This document shows, in pieces, positions 1 through 12,784 of a DNA stretch of 64,000 nucleotides. Under the pieces are notes generated by a model that saw only the letters and a program-made list of their open reading frames with translations, was not told the origin of the DNA and made no database searches. The DNA is taken from NCBI RefSeq assembly GCF_036321535.1, contig NC_087437.1, positions 6,882,001-6,946,000 on the forward strand. Reading direction: 5' to 3'. This DNA is from Camelus dromedarius. Its lineage: Eukaryota. Each line of letters opens with the position of its first letter. Positions within the stretch are counted from its first letter, which is position 1. Both the position numbers and the translations under genes were made by a program.

Positions 1-355
1 GTACAACACAATGTCCCCGTGATGCATGTACATACATATATTCATTTTCATATCCTTTTTCATTAAAGGTTACTACAAGATATTGAATATAGTTTCCTGT
101 GCTGTACGGAAGAAACTTGAGTTTTGGGGATTTTTTTAATCCATTTTTATATACAGTGGCTAAGATTTGCAGATCTCAAACTCCCAGATTTATCCCTTCC
201 CACCCCTTTTCCCCCATAACCATAGATTGTTTGCTATGTCGGCAAGTCTGTTTCTGTTTTGTAGATGAATTCATTAGTGTCCTCTTTTTTTTTTTTTTAT
301 TTCATATATGAGTGATATCGTATGGTATTATTCTTTCTCTTTCTGGCTTACTTCT
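1..355 (-). mobile_element. LINE-1 3' end fragment, lineage-specific subfamily
   Basis: Reverse complement of the L1 3' UTR motifs also seen at 1430-1684 and 19930-20240 (acagggaactatattcaa, gggaagggataaat). Confidence 0.85.
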
Positions 356-832
356 AAGTGACTTGCTTCTAACAAACAAATAAAATAAAGTGGAAATGGC
401 AGAGTATGACTTAGAGACTAGGACTTAAAAGGCACCAGAGCTTCCTGTTTTCTCTCTCTCTCCATGCCCCAGCCCCACCCTTCTCTCTCATCACTTGTTT
501 TGGGGGAAGTCAGCTGCCACAGGCTGAACAGCCCTACAGAGAGGTACCTGTGGTTAGGAACGGATGCATCCTGATGACTCCCAGAAAGGAGCTGAGACTT
601 CCAGTCACCAGCCAGCAGCCATGATCTGCTTGGATGCTCCAGCCCCAGGCAAGCCTTCAGATGCCTGCAGCCCCGGCTGGCAACTGGGCTGCGCGTCATC
701 AGTGACACCAAGTCAAAAGCACCCAGCTAAGCCTCTGCTAGACTCTGACCCACAGCAATGGTAACAGATGTTTGTAGTTTTAAGCTACTAAATCGGGGTG
801 GGTAATTTTTTATACAGCAATAGACAGCTAAT
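356..832 (+). mobile_element. MaLR LTR (MLT1-type)
   Basis: Typical MLT1 3' end: cccagctaagcc...ctgacccacag...ttttaagctactaaat...tacagcaatagacagctaat. Confidence 0.75.
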
Positions 833-1429
833 GTGCTCTGTTACCATTTTTGAATTATGAACTTATATGTGAATGCAAAAATTATTATATATAATTTCAT
901 ATATATAAGATACATGAAAAATAGTTATATGCTCATAATAAACAGGCACTCTACCTAAAAGTTACTTGAGAAAACAAAAATAAAAATAGCCTTAGACTTC
1001 TCTTCTACAGCACTATGTGGAAGATTGGTAAAGGAATATCAACTGAATTTGGAGAAAATATTCTGACTCGATGACTTGATTTTATCCAGAGCCAAGATAG
1101 TCTCCGATATCCAAGAGTTCTTAAAATATACCACCCATATGTCCTTCTTGGAAAAAAATTAGTGATATTTTCCAAAGAACTTAGTGAATAAACACAAAGC
1201 TGCAGGAAAGGGAGAGATGGATACAAAAGGGAGTAAGCACTGCCAGTTACCTGTATCAATAAATATGAAGCATGACAATGTTATTAATAAAATAATTATT
1301 GATAATTACTATTAATGAACTGATTATTAAATGGTTAAAATTGTCAAGAATTGTTTTCAAAACTGACGATACCCAGTAACTGAAAAAAAAGTATAATAAT
1401 GAGCTTCTAAAACTCCAGATTATAGTAAG

Positions 1430-1684
1430 AATGGGGGGAAAGAGGATGGGAAGGGATAAATTGGGCTTGAGATTCGCAAATACAAGCTACTATACATAAA
1501 ATAGGTAAACAGCAGGTTTCTTGTCTAGCACAGGGAACTATATTCAATAGCTTATAGTAACCTGTAATGAAAAAGCATATGAAAAGGAATATGTGTATGT
1601 GTATGTATGACTGAAACATGATGCTGTGCACCAGAAATTGATGGAAAATTGGAAACTGATTACACTTCAATTAAAAAAAAAAAA
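1430..1684 (+). mobile_element. 5'-truncated LINE-1 3' end with poly(A)
   Basis: gggaagggataaattggg...tagcacagggaactatattcaatagctt...cttcaattaaaaaaaaaaaa. Confidence 0.85.
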
Positions 1685-1849
1685 GATATCTAAGAAAAAA
1701 AAAAAAAAAAGAAAAAAGAAAAAAAATTGAGAAGTAAGGTATAGGAAAGAAAGTGTCCTGAACTCTTTTACTTACAAAGAGGTGGGGGAAAACTCAAAAT
1801 TTGTTGTTTCACTGAGGTTGTTGAAAATCAGAGAAATAGAAGTTAAAGA

Positions 1850-2500
1850 TTTATTTTGAAACTGTTAAATATAGCCAATGATATAATTAAAATCAGAATC
1901 TATCTTTACACACCTGGGAGAGGATAAAATAGGAAAACATAATTTATATAGCAAAAGTAAGAAAAAGAGTGGAAAAACAAGAAAGCTAAAATAGATTGCA
2001 CAAGATAAGGGGATAGATTTAAAAGCCAATATTTAAGCTGTAACAAAAAAATAAGTAAATTAAATCCCCACATTGAAAGCCAAGACTTACAGTGGATCAA
2101 AATCAAAATCTAACTATATACTAGTGATGATAACATATATCAAAAACTGACACAGAGTGTGCAATCAAACATTGAAGTCCAAATAAAAGTGTATTTAATG
2201 AATTCTAGTCAAAGGAAACAATATTGCAAGGCTAATATCAGACAAAGTAGAATTCAGTACAACAGATAAAGGAGTTACTTGTCTTGAAAGGTCATTTTAC
2301 ATTAATAAAAAGTATATTTAACAAAGAAAGTATAAAAATCACAAACCTTCCTGATCCAAATAATATTACAGCCACACATATAAAGTGGACTTTCTTACAA
2401 ATAAAATAGAACTACAAATATATTAAGCGGATTGGAAGACTCGGTATTATTAAGGTATCAGTTCTTCCCGATAGGATTGATATACACACAAAATCACTGA
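1850..2500 (+). mobile_element. Old, degraded LINE-1 internal fragments
   Basis: A-rich L1 ORF2-like phrases (aatatcagacaaagtagaattc, ggattggaagactcggtattattaag). Confidence 0.55.
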
Positions 2501-3639
2501 TATTCAGCAACCTTCAACACTGTTTTTGAAATTCTTCCTTAAACCTAAAATTATCTCAAAACAAAATCTCAAAATTATTATAAAAAGAAACAAATGTATT
2601 AAGTGCAAGTTTTAAACCTTTTCCCTAAAGTTGATCAAAAAGAAAAAGGGGCAAAAAGCAAGGAAAAAAATAGTATAATTGGGGACAAGAAAAGTTATAA
2701 ATAACAAAAGAAAGAATGATCAGTTTTAGCTTTTTTTTTAAAGTTTAATTTTGATACAAAAAAATAACACAATAAACATTATGCACAGTTAACAGATACA
2801 CAATGTTGTCATCACTAGTTTCTGAATATTTTTGTAATTGTGCTTTTTTATTATCTCTTCTGCACAAAAGTTGCTTTTCAAGTTTATGAGTAGGTGGGCC
2901 TTTACATTTTAACTTGAAGTACTGATTTCTGTTTTCTTTGCATGGAAATTCAGAGCCTGTATTAATACAGCTTTTTAGAAGACGGAAAGACCTTTTAGAT
3001 TCATACATTTTATGCATGTTCTAGAGTTGCCTAAAGCAGCTGTATTTTCTGAAAGGTCTAAAGATTAATGCACATATAATATTAACTCAATTCAATTATA
3101 GAAATTATATTGTATCATTATTTACTTTTCACTTGTATCTTCGGTTTAAGACTGGGTGGGTTAAGTGGTTGCAGAAAGGGTTTTGTATATTATTATTTCC
3201 AACAACTGTTCTCCATTGATGTTGATGCAAAGTTTTTCAACACTAACATTTCGCACTAGTGATACCTAACATTTACTGAGCACTGACAAAGCACTAGGCA
3301 TCTTAGTTTTTGGCTTTCTGTTATTTATGGTTTCTTTTTGGTTCCTTTGTTTTTGGCATTTTTCTAAGTGAACTGGATTCTCTCTCTCTGTCTCCCCTCT
3401 TTTAAGAAAAGATTCAACTTGATTTGAATTCAAGTAGAATTTCCTTTTACATTTCTCATTGAAATTTCTCTAATTTAAAGTTCAGTATTCACATTCAAAA
3501 ATACGAACTCACCAGGGTCAAGAAAATCCAAGAAGAAACATGGGAGAGGGGACCCACAGCTATTAAGCTCCATTATAATGAAATTATTGTTTAGAAATAG
3601 TAAGATGAATAACAATAAACTGTAACAGCATGTACAATT

Positions 3640-3830
3640 CACTGAGCACTTGTTAACATGCTAAGCACTTCACATAATTATATTCTCTAACCATCATATC
3701 AACCCCATCGTGCAAATAGGATTACCTCCAGTTTCAGGTGAGGAAACTGAGGCTTAGAAAATTTAGGTAGCTTTCTTCAAACCGTATCCAGTAGTTGAGT
3801 CAGGATTTGTACCTAAGTCTGTCTGATACA
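3640..3830 (-). mobile_element. MIR SINE
   Basis: MIR core in reverse orientation: ctccagtttcaggtgaggaaactgaggcttaga...caggatttgtacctaagtctgtctga. Confidence 0.8.
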
Positions 3831-4544
3831 CAGACAAGTGATTGTAAGGTACTGAGCATCTATTTTGACTACACTGATACTGGGGGGAAATTAAGTAGCT
3901 TTGTTTTTGCAGTAGTGCATAATTGATTTATCTATCTGAGTCGCTCCTAGAAGAAAGTATGCAGCATTATAATTCATCTTTATCCAAAGTGAGTGTTTCA
4001 TAAGAATTACAGACTTTTGTGAATTAGAACGAATACGTTTATAGTACTCTCTGTCGTTTGCTAAATACAAACCTTAAACATTCTTTCCTGGATTCTTCAT
4101 CCAGCATTTACCACCTGCCGGAACCGGCAGCTCCTGAGTGAATATTCCTCATTTCTCCCTTCATTTATCTGGTAAGCTGTTTTGTTTTGTTTTGTCCCAA
4201 TTCAAACACATTGCCCCAAAATAAATTCCCTCCTAGCTTCCCCCTGGTAACAAAACTATAGCATTTTATGCATGTGAGTCTCTGTCAACTTAACATTGCT
4301 GACAGGATAAACTAAGCTTGCATTTGGGGTCCAAGAATAAAAAATGTGGGTCTCCACTTATTCAACATTTCATAAGGAATGAAGGTAAATCCCTTGTATT
4401 TTTTTCATGCAGTGTCTGAGAAGGGAAATAATAGTCAGTATTGATGTATAAAGTACAACTGGTTCAGCTTCTCTAAGAGAAATGCTCCCCAAGCCAGAAA
4501 AAAAAAAAAGCAGCTTAAATGGTATAAGATTTTTTTTTTTTAAT

Positions 4545-4825
4545 GTATAATTGTCAGAGCTATCATGGCAGCTCTGTTTCGTGAAGTTGTCAAGGATGAT
4601 CTTCAAGTTTGTTCTGCCTTCATCCCTAAGTACTGGCTCCATGAGAACGGCTCATGGTCCACATTTATTTCAAGTGGAAAAGAGGAAAAAGAAAGATGTG
4701 TTCCTTCCTCTCAAGGTTACAGCCTGGAGGCTGCACAAGTCACATCTCCTCACAACCCACTGCCCAGTCCTAGATGCAAGGGAGGCCGGGAAGGGAGATT
4801 TATTTGGGGTGGTCATGTGCCGCCA
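4545..4825. mobile_element. Old MaLR (MLT1J/K-like) LTR fragment
   Basis: MLT1-like phrases: cacatctcctcacaacccactgccc, tgcaagggaggccgggaa. Confidence 0.5.
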
Positions 4826-4852
4826 GCGGTACAATGGAAAGCATCTTTGTCC

Positions 4853-4985
4853 AAGATGGAAAGCGTTCTGGAGATTAGTTGCACAACAATCGGGGTGTAG
4901 CTAACACTACGGAGCTCTTCACTTAAAAATGGTTAAAATGGTATATTTTATGTTGTACGTATTTTACCACGATAACAACAAAAAC
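4853..4985 (+). mobile_element. Old L1M 3' end fragment
   Basis: gttctggagattagttgcacaacaat...cacttaaaaatggttaaaatggtatattttatgtt. Confidence 0.75.
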
Positions 4986-5117
4986 CAAAACCAGTGTCTT
5001 AGCCAAGAAGTTAAGAGACATGAGTTCTAGTCCCATTTAGCCATATTAACTCAATGAACTTGGGTGATTTTCATACTACTGAACCTGAGTTTATTCATCT
5101 TATCTATACAATGAAAC

Positions 5118-5711
5118 TGTTGTGGGAGAATAGGTTCTTGCCTGTTGCAGGAAAGAATTCAAAACAAGGCATGGTAAAGTGAAAGCAAGTTTATTTAGAG
5201 AGATACACACGGCATAGACAGAGTGGGATCTGTCTCACTCAGAAGGGAAAACAGCTTAGGAGACACACACTCCATTGGCAGAATGTGGGCCGTCTCAGAA
5301 AGGTGAGAGGGAAAGAGACTGAGAGGTGTAGGGTGTTTAGTTTAAAGTGAAAGCAGATCCACACTCCATAGACAGAGTGCGGGCCGTCTCAGAAGGTCAG
5401 AGAGAGAGCGACCTTGAAGTGCTGAGTTGTTAGATTTAATGGGCTTGGTAATTTCATATACTAATGAGTAGGAGGATTATTCCAACTACTTTGGGGAAGG
5501 GGCGAGGATTTCTAAGAAATGCACCCCCTGCCCACTTTTGGACCTTTCATGGTCAGCCTAGGAGCTGCCATGGCCCTGTGGCTGTGCCATGAGGCTCAAG
5601 GTCAACTGGAAGTCGAATCTTCCACCATCTTGGTTCTAACCAGTCTGTCCTGTCCTCACTGCTGTGTCATTCCTTCAGTGGTTGTGCCCTGCCCTCTTTC
5701 CTCCCACTTCA
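5118..5711 (-). mobile_element. ERV1-class solo LTR, 594 bp, 4-bp TSD AAAC
   Basis: TG...CA termini; AAAC at 5114-5117 and 5712-5715; minus-strand AATAAA at ~5190; internal triplicated unit. Appears to interrupt a MIR. Confidence 0.85.
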
Positions 5712-5976
5712 AAACTATTATAGGCGATCTTTTTAGTTATAACTAATTTAACTTTATGTTAGCTATTTATCTTAAGTAGAAGTGAGTTCATTGGGAAAAA
5801 AATGAAAAAAAAAAAAAAAAGAAAACTGCAAGATCAGGAGAGACAAGTAAACTGGGTGAAATAACTACCACTATGTTCACACATCATGTCCAGTCTAGTC
5901 CACATCACCATCATGGTGTGTGAATCTAGACTATTCCCTGTCTTCTTGCTGTTCCCAGTAAAAATAGCAAATCATG

Positions 5977-7231
5977 CAGACACATGTAAAGCAATGAAGT
6001 TAGAACACTCCCTCACACCATACACAAAAATAAACTCAAAATGGCTTAAAGACTTAAACATAAGACCGGACACCATACACCTCCTAGAAGAGAACATAGA
6101 CAAAACATTCTCTGACGTAAGTCATAGCAACATTTTCTTAGGTCAGTCTCCCAAGACAACAGAAATAAAAGCAAAAATAAACAAATGGGACCTAATGAAA
6201 CTTACAAGCTTTTGCACAGCAAAGGAAACCATAAGCAAAACAAAAAGACAACCTTCAGACTGGGAGAAAATGTTTGCAAACGATGCAACTGACAGGCTTC
6301 ATTTCCAAAACCCACAAACAGCTCATACAACTCAATAACAAAAAACTAAGCAACCCAATCAAAAGACGGGCAGAAGACCTAAATAGACATTTCTCCAAAG
6401 AAGACATCCAGATGGCCAATAGGCACAAAAGATGTTCAGTATTGCTAATTATTAGAGAAATGCAAATCAAAACTACAATGAGGTACCACGTCACACTTCA
6501 CACACAATCAGAATATCCATCATCAAAAAGTCTACAAATAATAAATGCCAGAGAGGGTGTGGAGAAAAGGGAACCCTCCTGTACTGTTGGTGGGAATGTA
6601 AATTGGTGCAGCCACTATGGAGGAAAGTGTGGGGGTTCCTTAAAAAACTAAAAATAGACTTACCATATGATCCAGCAATCCCACTCCTGGGCATATATCT
6701 GGAAAAGATGAAAAGATACTTGCACCCCAATGTTCACAGCAGCACTATTTACCAACAGCCAAGACATTAACAACCTAAATGTCCATTGACAGATGACTGG
6801 ATAAAGAAGCTCGGGTATATTTATACCATGGAGTACTACTCAGCCATAAAAAAGAATGAAATAATGCCATTTGCAGCAACATAGATGGACCTAGAGATGA
6901 TCATACTTATCATACGTATTGTAAGTGAAGTCAGACATAGAAAGACAAGTATCACATGGTATCACTTACATGTGGAATGTAAAAAATGATACAACTGAAC
7001 TTATTTACAAAACAGAAACAGACTCACAGACAGAGAAAACGGACTTATGGTTACCAAAGGGGAAAGGGGTGAGAAGGATAAATTAGGAGTTTGGGATTAG
7101 CAGATACACACTACTATATATAAAATAGATAAACAACAAGGTCCTACTGTACAGCACAGGGAACTATATTCAATATCTTGTAACAACCTGCAATGAGAAA
7201 GAATCTGAAAAAGAATATATATGTGTATGTC

Positions 7232-7264
<33 letters not shown>

Positions 7265-7340
7265 GTAACTGAGTCACCCTGCTGTTCATCAGAAACTAAC
7301 ACAACACTGTAAATCTACCATACTTAAAAAAAAAAAAAAA
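5977..7340 (+). mobile_element. 5'-truncated LINE-1 (ORF2 C-terminus, 3' UTR, poly(A)) with TSD
   Basis: ORFs 5886..6338 and 6274..6651 give frameshifted L1 ORF2 peptides ([33 protein letters not shown]). TSD aaaatagcaaatcatg (5961-5976) / aaaattgtaaatcatg (7337-7352). Confidence 0.95.
7238..7264. repeat. (TA)n microsatellite inside the L1 3' UTR
   Basis: Direct reading. Confidence 0.9.
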
Positions 7341-10300
7341 TTGTAAATCATGGAAGAGATTGTCCCCAGTGGCCCAGCCTAGATCTGTGTCTGCCTAGGA
7401 CAGGAAAAGGATGGACCTGGCTCCTTTGGTTTCCTCATAGAAAATAGGCAGTTTTATATTTCTGTATTACCAACACCCCTCACTATGAAAAAAGGCAAAC
7501 GATGATAGATGAATTACACGATTGCTCCAGGCAGGGAGGAGAAGACAGGATTAAAGCCTGAAGTGTAAGTTTCCTTGAGCTGGTTCTCAGGAGAGTGGGC
7601 TTAGCCAGCCAGGAGCTGACGTCCAGCTAAGTCCCTTGATGCTACTGCACGTGGCTAGGGAGGAAGGCTCCAGTGTTGGCGGCAAGATGAGCTTTTCCTC
7701 CAGCGGCTGCATGGTTTGCACCACTGCCTGCACAGGAGCTAGCGCCCCAAGGTCTTCAGAAAGCTATTTAGCTCATCCAACAGTCGCCTTGCCCTGGGAG
7801 AGTCCTCACAAACTCTGGCGTCTGCAGTCTAAGGGTCTCCTCGCTGTAGTTTCTTCTTCATCTGTTATCGCTCCGCCCCAGCGGTGCCCTCAGTGGCGGA
7901 GCTCCTGAGTGCTTGTGGGACAGTCACAAGTGGCCATCCTGACAATACAATTTCACGTTTAGATCAAAACAACTTTACAACTCCATTCTGGTCACATGCC
8001 AGTGGATTTGAAATCCTTTCAAACTCACCACACAACAGGTTGCCTACCTTGGCTCCAGGGCAAAAGCAAACCAAGCAGACACGCAAAACAGAAATGATCT
8101 TACCTTCTCTCTCCTCATCATGACCTACCTCCATCCAACCACTGTGCCTCCTGGATCGTGCCTCTGAGATACTTCCCATGCCCCTTTGCTCTGTACCCTT
8201 GTCCCCTTATAAAGACTACTGGAGTCTCTCCTCTAACTAAATCAAACCAGAGAAACCGACCATTATTGTTACTTACAAACCAGTATGTTTGAGAGTTGCC
8301 ATCACAATATAAGTTTAAACTGAAGAAAATTCCCAATGAAAAGTAACATTTTTTACTAAACTACGTGACCATATTATAACTTTTTGTGTATTTCTTTCAG
8401 CATCAAAACCAGAGCCAAGTGTCATATTAGATGTCACAGTTATGTTGATACATTGATTTAATATGTGAAATCAGCTTCAGATGATTACCATTTTTTAATC
8501 TTGGAAATATTCCAGCTCCACTGATTGAAACTTCATGACTTATTTGAAAGACTGCATCATCTCAGATTGTTTAAAGGAGCTTCTGGGAATCAAATTTGAC
8601 CAACATCATTCAAGTTTCCCACTGACCATGGCTGCCAATCCTCAGGGTTTCCATTCTTTTATAGCATCCATTGTTTTCAAATGGGAAATCTCAAAGATCA
8701 GATTTTCACTGCGGCCTTAAATCTGAAGGAATAATTCTATAACTTAAATTCCTGCCATCTGAAACAAAATTAAAAGATACCGAGGCATTTTTTTTTTTTT
8801 GAGTTAAGAAGGAAGGCATTTCTCAGTAGAGATAGAACAGTCTATGTTGTCAACAGGCAATGCTTTTATTAAATCTCCAAGAAACAGCTATTTCAATATA
8901 AATGCTCCAGATGGCTTCATCACAGCCTTCCCACCCCTCCACACTCTCCCTTGTTACTGATGCAAGTCATTTTATATATACCAATGTGCACGTGTAGCCC
9001 TCCAAGGACTACTGCTTTGTAAGAGTGTCAAGGGGTATTTTTTCTGGTTTGACTTGTGATCCAGGTGGCAACTGGTGAGAACAACAGTCACTCCCAAGGC
9101 ACCACGGGCATCAGGTGGCAGCCACCGATATTCACAGGGATCTTCACTTTGTGACTAGTTGAAAGGGGAAGAATTTGGCTGAGGACAGAGTTCAGAAGTG
9201 CAGAGAGTGGGTGGCACTCTGGAAGAGAGGATGAAACCTCTGAGACTTACCCAGCTCTCCAGGCTGGGAGTGGGTCCATCTGGTGATGGATCTGAGGGCT
9301 CTGATCAGACGCTTCATGTGCTTTCATGAGGGACTTTGTGAAGCTCTGGGCAGAAGCAAGTCAGCTTTCAGGTTCCAGGTGACACCGTGTGGCACGGACT
9401 TTGTGCAAGTCCTTCCTTTAGGCACAGTTCCCCGTGACACATCAAACACCGGTAACTCGGGAAGCACTGAAGGCAGACTGTTTCACAGTGAGCTCTATTG
9501 ACCTTGGCAGGAGTGACATTTGAGAGTGAATATTTGAGACACGCAACTGCCAGGGGCCAGTCATGGTCCGGAGCACACTGGATGTCTGTTTGTCAGCCCA
9601 TATGTGAATATCAGCACAAAATACCTGAGAGTGGCCCATTAGACTAGAAGCCAGTTGTGAATCACGGGTACCCCAGTATCTGCCAGGTAAAGGTCAGCCC
9701 TCTGGAGACTCCCAGAAATACTCTGCGGAGATTTTAAAAGTAGAAGAAGATTCCATTCTGGACAGACAAGGCAAGAACAACAACTTTGGGTTCCTGACAA
9801 TTCATCTGCCTTTATAAACCCATGAGGTCTTGGTTATATCAGCACAGCAAAGGGATACAATCTTAATGAAAAGAAACACAAATTTACCGTGGGATTGTCA
9901 TCTGCTATCCTGAGGATGAGGCAGAGAATACTTAACTTTGCTTTCTTCTTTTCATTTCTTTTCTCTTTTCTTTTCTCTTCTAACAAGCAGAAATAACCCT
10001 AACCCACAGCAGTGCTTTGAAGTAAGACATTAGTAATAGAGTCGCCCTTAAGTAACTTTAGTATGTGAGCTAATAACAATGTTTAAGAAAGAACTGTATG
10101 TGATGCCAAGAATCCATTCCTTGGTAATATAGTGGGATTTCATCCGTCAATTCTGACAAGCAGACCAAATATTTGGTAGGATTTCAGAATCAAAATTAAA
10201 GCATTAGAGGACCAAGAAAAACCTGTTCTTTCACTAAGACAGTTCCTTTCCTTGTGAATTATAGTCTCCTGCAGCATTTTTTAATAGTTTCATTTTAGGA

Positions 10301-10694
10301 CATTTAGAAATCAAAGCAAAAAAATGAAACGTTTTGCTCAAAATTTTCCTGGGGGAGTTTCTCAACAACATTCTTCTGTCATCCCCACTTACAGGACTTA
10401 GTAACAATTTGGTCTGATTTGCACATAACCAGGCATCAACTTTCTTAATCTGTCACGAGCTCTGGGCCCCCAGGTCACTCCTTCAGTATCTACCCTGCCA
10501 TAGATGTTGCTTCAACACCTCGTTTTGTCCTAAGGTGCTCATTGGTCCCACTGACTCAACAGAAGGATGTTATGGTATGGAATGTATTCATGGAATTGTC
10601 ACTAACTGAGAAATTTTGGTGGCTGTGTAAGAATATTTCAGCCAAAATAGTAAAGGAGATTTGGGTTGAAGTTTTATTTCTGGAAACTTATTTA

Positions 10695-10845
10695 TAAATT
10701 TTCTGGTCTGGATTCTGTCACATATTAACTGTGTAATGTTGAGTCTTAATTAATGTCTCTGGGCCTCAGTTTCCTGATTGAGAAATTCATCTAAGAACTG
10801 TTTTGTAAAGAACAAATTATGTAAAACACAAAGCCTGTGCAATGC
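10695..10845 (+). mobile_element. MIR SINE
   Basis: aactgtgtaatgttgagtc...tctctgggcctcagtttcctgatt. Confidence 0.65.
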
Positions 10846-11781
10846 TCCTTTTCAAAGGGGGGCTACAATCAAACAGGTTCAGAAAATATGTCGTATCTGC
10901 AGTCATTCCTCAAGTCTATGCGACCTTTACCACAGGTCAGCCAATTTATTTAATCACGGAATCTTTTCTCAGGTTAACACTTATTAAAATCCAGATAAAG
11001 CACTTTAAGAGAGGCCAGATTGAATGATCCATATGCCTGTTTCTAGCTAAGAAATCCTTTAAAAATAGTATTTTTAGGCTTCATGAAAATTATTGCTAAG
11101 TGACAAAAATCATAAAACAAAATTATAAATAAGCTAAGACTTTAGTAAAAGAAACAAGTCTTTATTCTTATGGACCAATAGGAAGGAAATGCCAAAATTG
11201 AAAACAGTCCTATTAGGGTGATGATACTCGGTTTTTATCTTTCCAAATAACTTTTTTTGTCAATATATTTTTTTATAATTAAAAAAATAATTTTTGCCCA
11301 GGAATGAAACTTCGTCTCTGTTTGTCTAGGAAACAGTTTGGTTCCTCTCATTTTTAGGTCATTCTTTGACGATCAAACTTTTGGCTGTTCTTTGGCAGGG
11401 TGTAGCTAACATAAAATGAACATGCAATGGAATGGACACTTCAAACTTTCAGCGGCTGTTCCTTCAAGATGTAGCCATTAGCCTCTGCATGCAGGAAACC
11501 ATCACATATGTATGTATCCCTCGCACTTGTACCCACTTCCTTGGGATGTTTGGCCAAATCATCCAGCCACTACGTGGCTTTGTCCTCTGAACTGGAGTGA
11601 TCCTGGTCACATCCTCATGACTCAAACTCATAATCTGGCCTGCCTGCCAAGGCCCAATTGATTTATGCCCTCATGCGGATGCACAGATACAATCTTTCTG
11701 GTTCCTTTCTGGCTCTGTGAACTTCAGATGGAGAGATGGGGTTTCGATTGTGACTGCAAATAAAATGTGTGGAAAAATGAA

Positions 11782-11935
11782 GGGGGAGGATATAGCTCAA
11801 GTGGTAGAGTGTGTGCTTAGCATGCACGAGGTCTTGGTACTTCCTCTAAAAATGAATAAATAAATCGAATTCCTCCCTCAAACAAAAAAATTAAAAACAC
11901 ACACACAAAGAAAAAGAAAAGAAAAGAAAAGAAAG
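11782..11935 (+). mobile_element. tRNA-Ala-derived SINE (Vic-1-like) with B-box region deleted and an (AAAAG)n tail
   Basis: gggggaggatatagctcaagtggtagagtgtgtgcttagcatgcacgaggtcttggtacttcc. Same family as the copy at 44105 but lacks ggttcaatcccca. Confidence 0.85.
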
Positions 11936-12529
11936 ACAGGAAAATTTATATTAGTTAAATCTCTGTGTTCAGTGTCAAGAAATCTCTGATTGCATTTTTA
12001 GTTGCTTTGTGAGTTGTCCTTTGGAAGAGTCCTGATCTCCATGGTTAGGAAATATATATATATATTATATATATATATATAAAGACTATTATCTCAATGA
12101 ACCAAGCAGAGGTTTTCCTCTCTGAAGGAATCATTCTTCATTGATCCGAATCTGATATTAAGAGGAAGTGCTATCTTTCTTTAGTTTTGTCTGTTGAGGT
12201 GGTTCAGTCAGCGTAGTTGCCATTGGCAATAAATACCTTTTGCCTCCAAAACTCTTCTCTTCCGCTGCAGTCTTTCGACATGAGGAGCCTTGCTTGTTTT
12301 AGAAATACATGTACAGATCTGATTTATGCCATCAGCCAGTTGACTGCATATGTTTTCATCACACCTGACTCCAAATAGTTACAGCATGGTGTCAGACCCT
12401 TTTCATATTCCAGCTTGTTGACTAGAGGATATTGCCTTCCTTATTAGTACAAGATTAATGGAACCACCTGCAGGTTGAGGGGCACTGGAGTTGGAAAAAA
12501 AAATTTTTTAAGGAAAAATAAATAAAACA

Positions 12530-12742
12530 AACAAGGAAAAAATGAAAAGGGAAAATAAAAAAGGAAAGAGAGAGAGGTGGGAAGGAAGGAAGGAAAAGAA
12601 AAAGAAAGAAAAAAGGAAAGAAAAGGAAAGAAAGAAAGACAGAAAGACAGAAAGAAAGAAAGAAAGAAAGACAGAAAGGAAGAAAGAAAGAAAGAAAGAA
12701 AAGAAAAGAAAGAAAGAAAGAAAAGAAAAGAGAAAAAGAAAA
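12530..12742. repeat. Purine-rich (GAAA/GGAA)n compound microsatellite
   Basis: Direct reading. Explains the K/E/R-rich and F/L/S-rich spurious ORFs here. Confidence 0.9.
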
Positions 12743-12784
12743 CTCTAAGGTTCATAGAAGATTGTAAAGAAAAGTGATTGTCCT

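Noticed and set aside
5190..5400. Repeat-spacer-like pattern suggestive of a CRISPR array
   Set aside because: Degenerate internal duplications of a mammalian LTR; no prokaryotic context or cas genes.
5886..6730. 150-aa and 125-aa ORFs
   Set aside because: Frameshifted L1 ORF2 remnants in a 5'-truncated element.
7870..7902. GC-rich hairpin GCTCCGCC...GGCGGAGC with a partial CTCF-like loop
   Set aside because: An 8-bp stem is expected by chance in 64 kb, it is too short for a pre-miRNA, and the CTCF match is poor.
12444..12777. K/E/R-rich and F/L/S-rich ORFs
   Set aside because: Translations of the (GAAA)n microsatellite.
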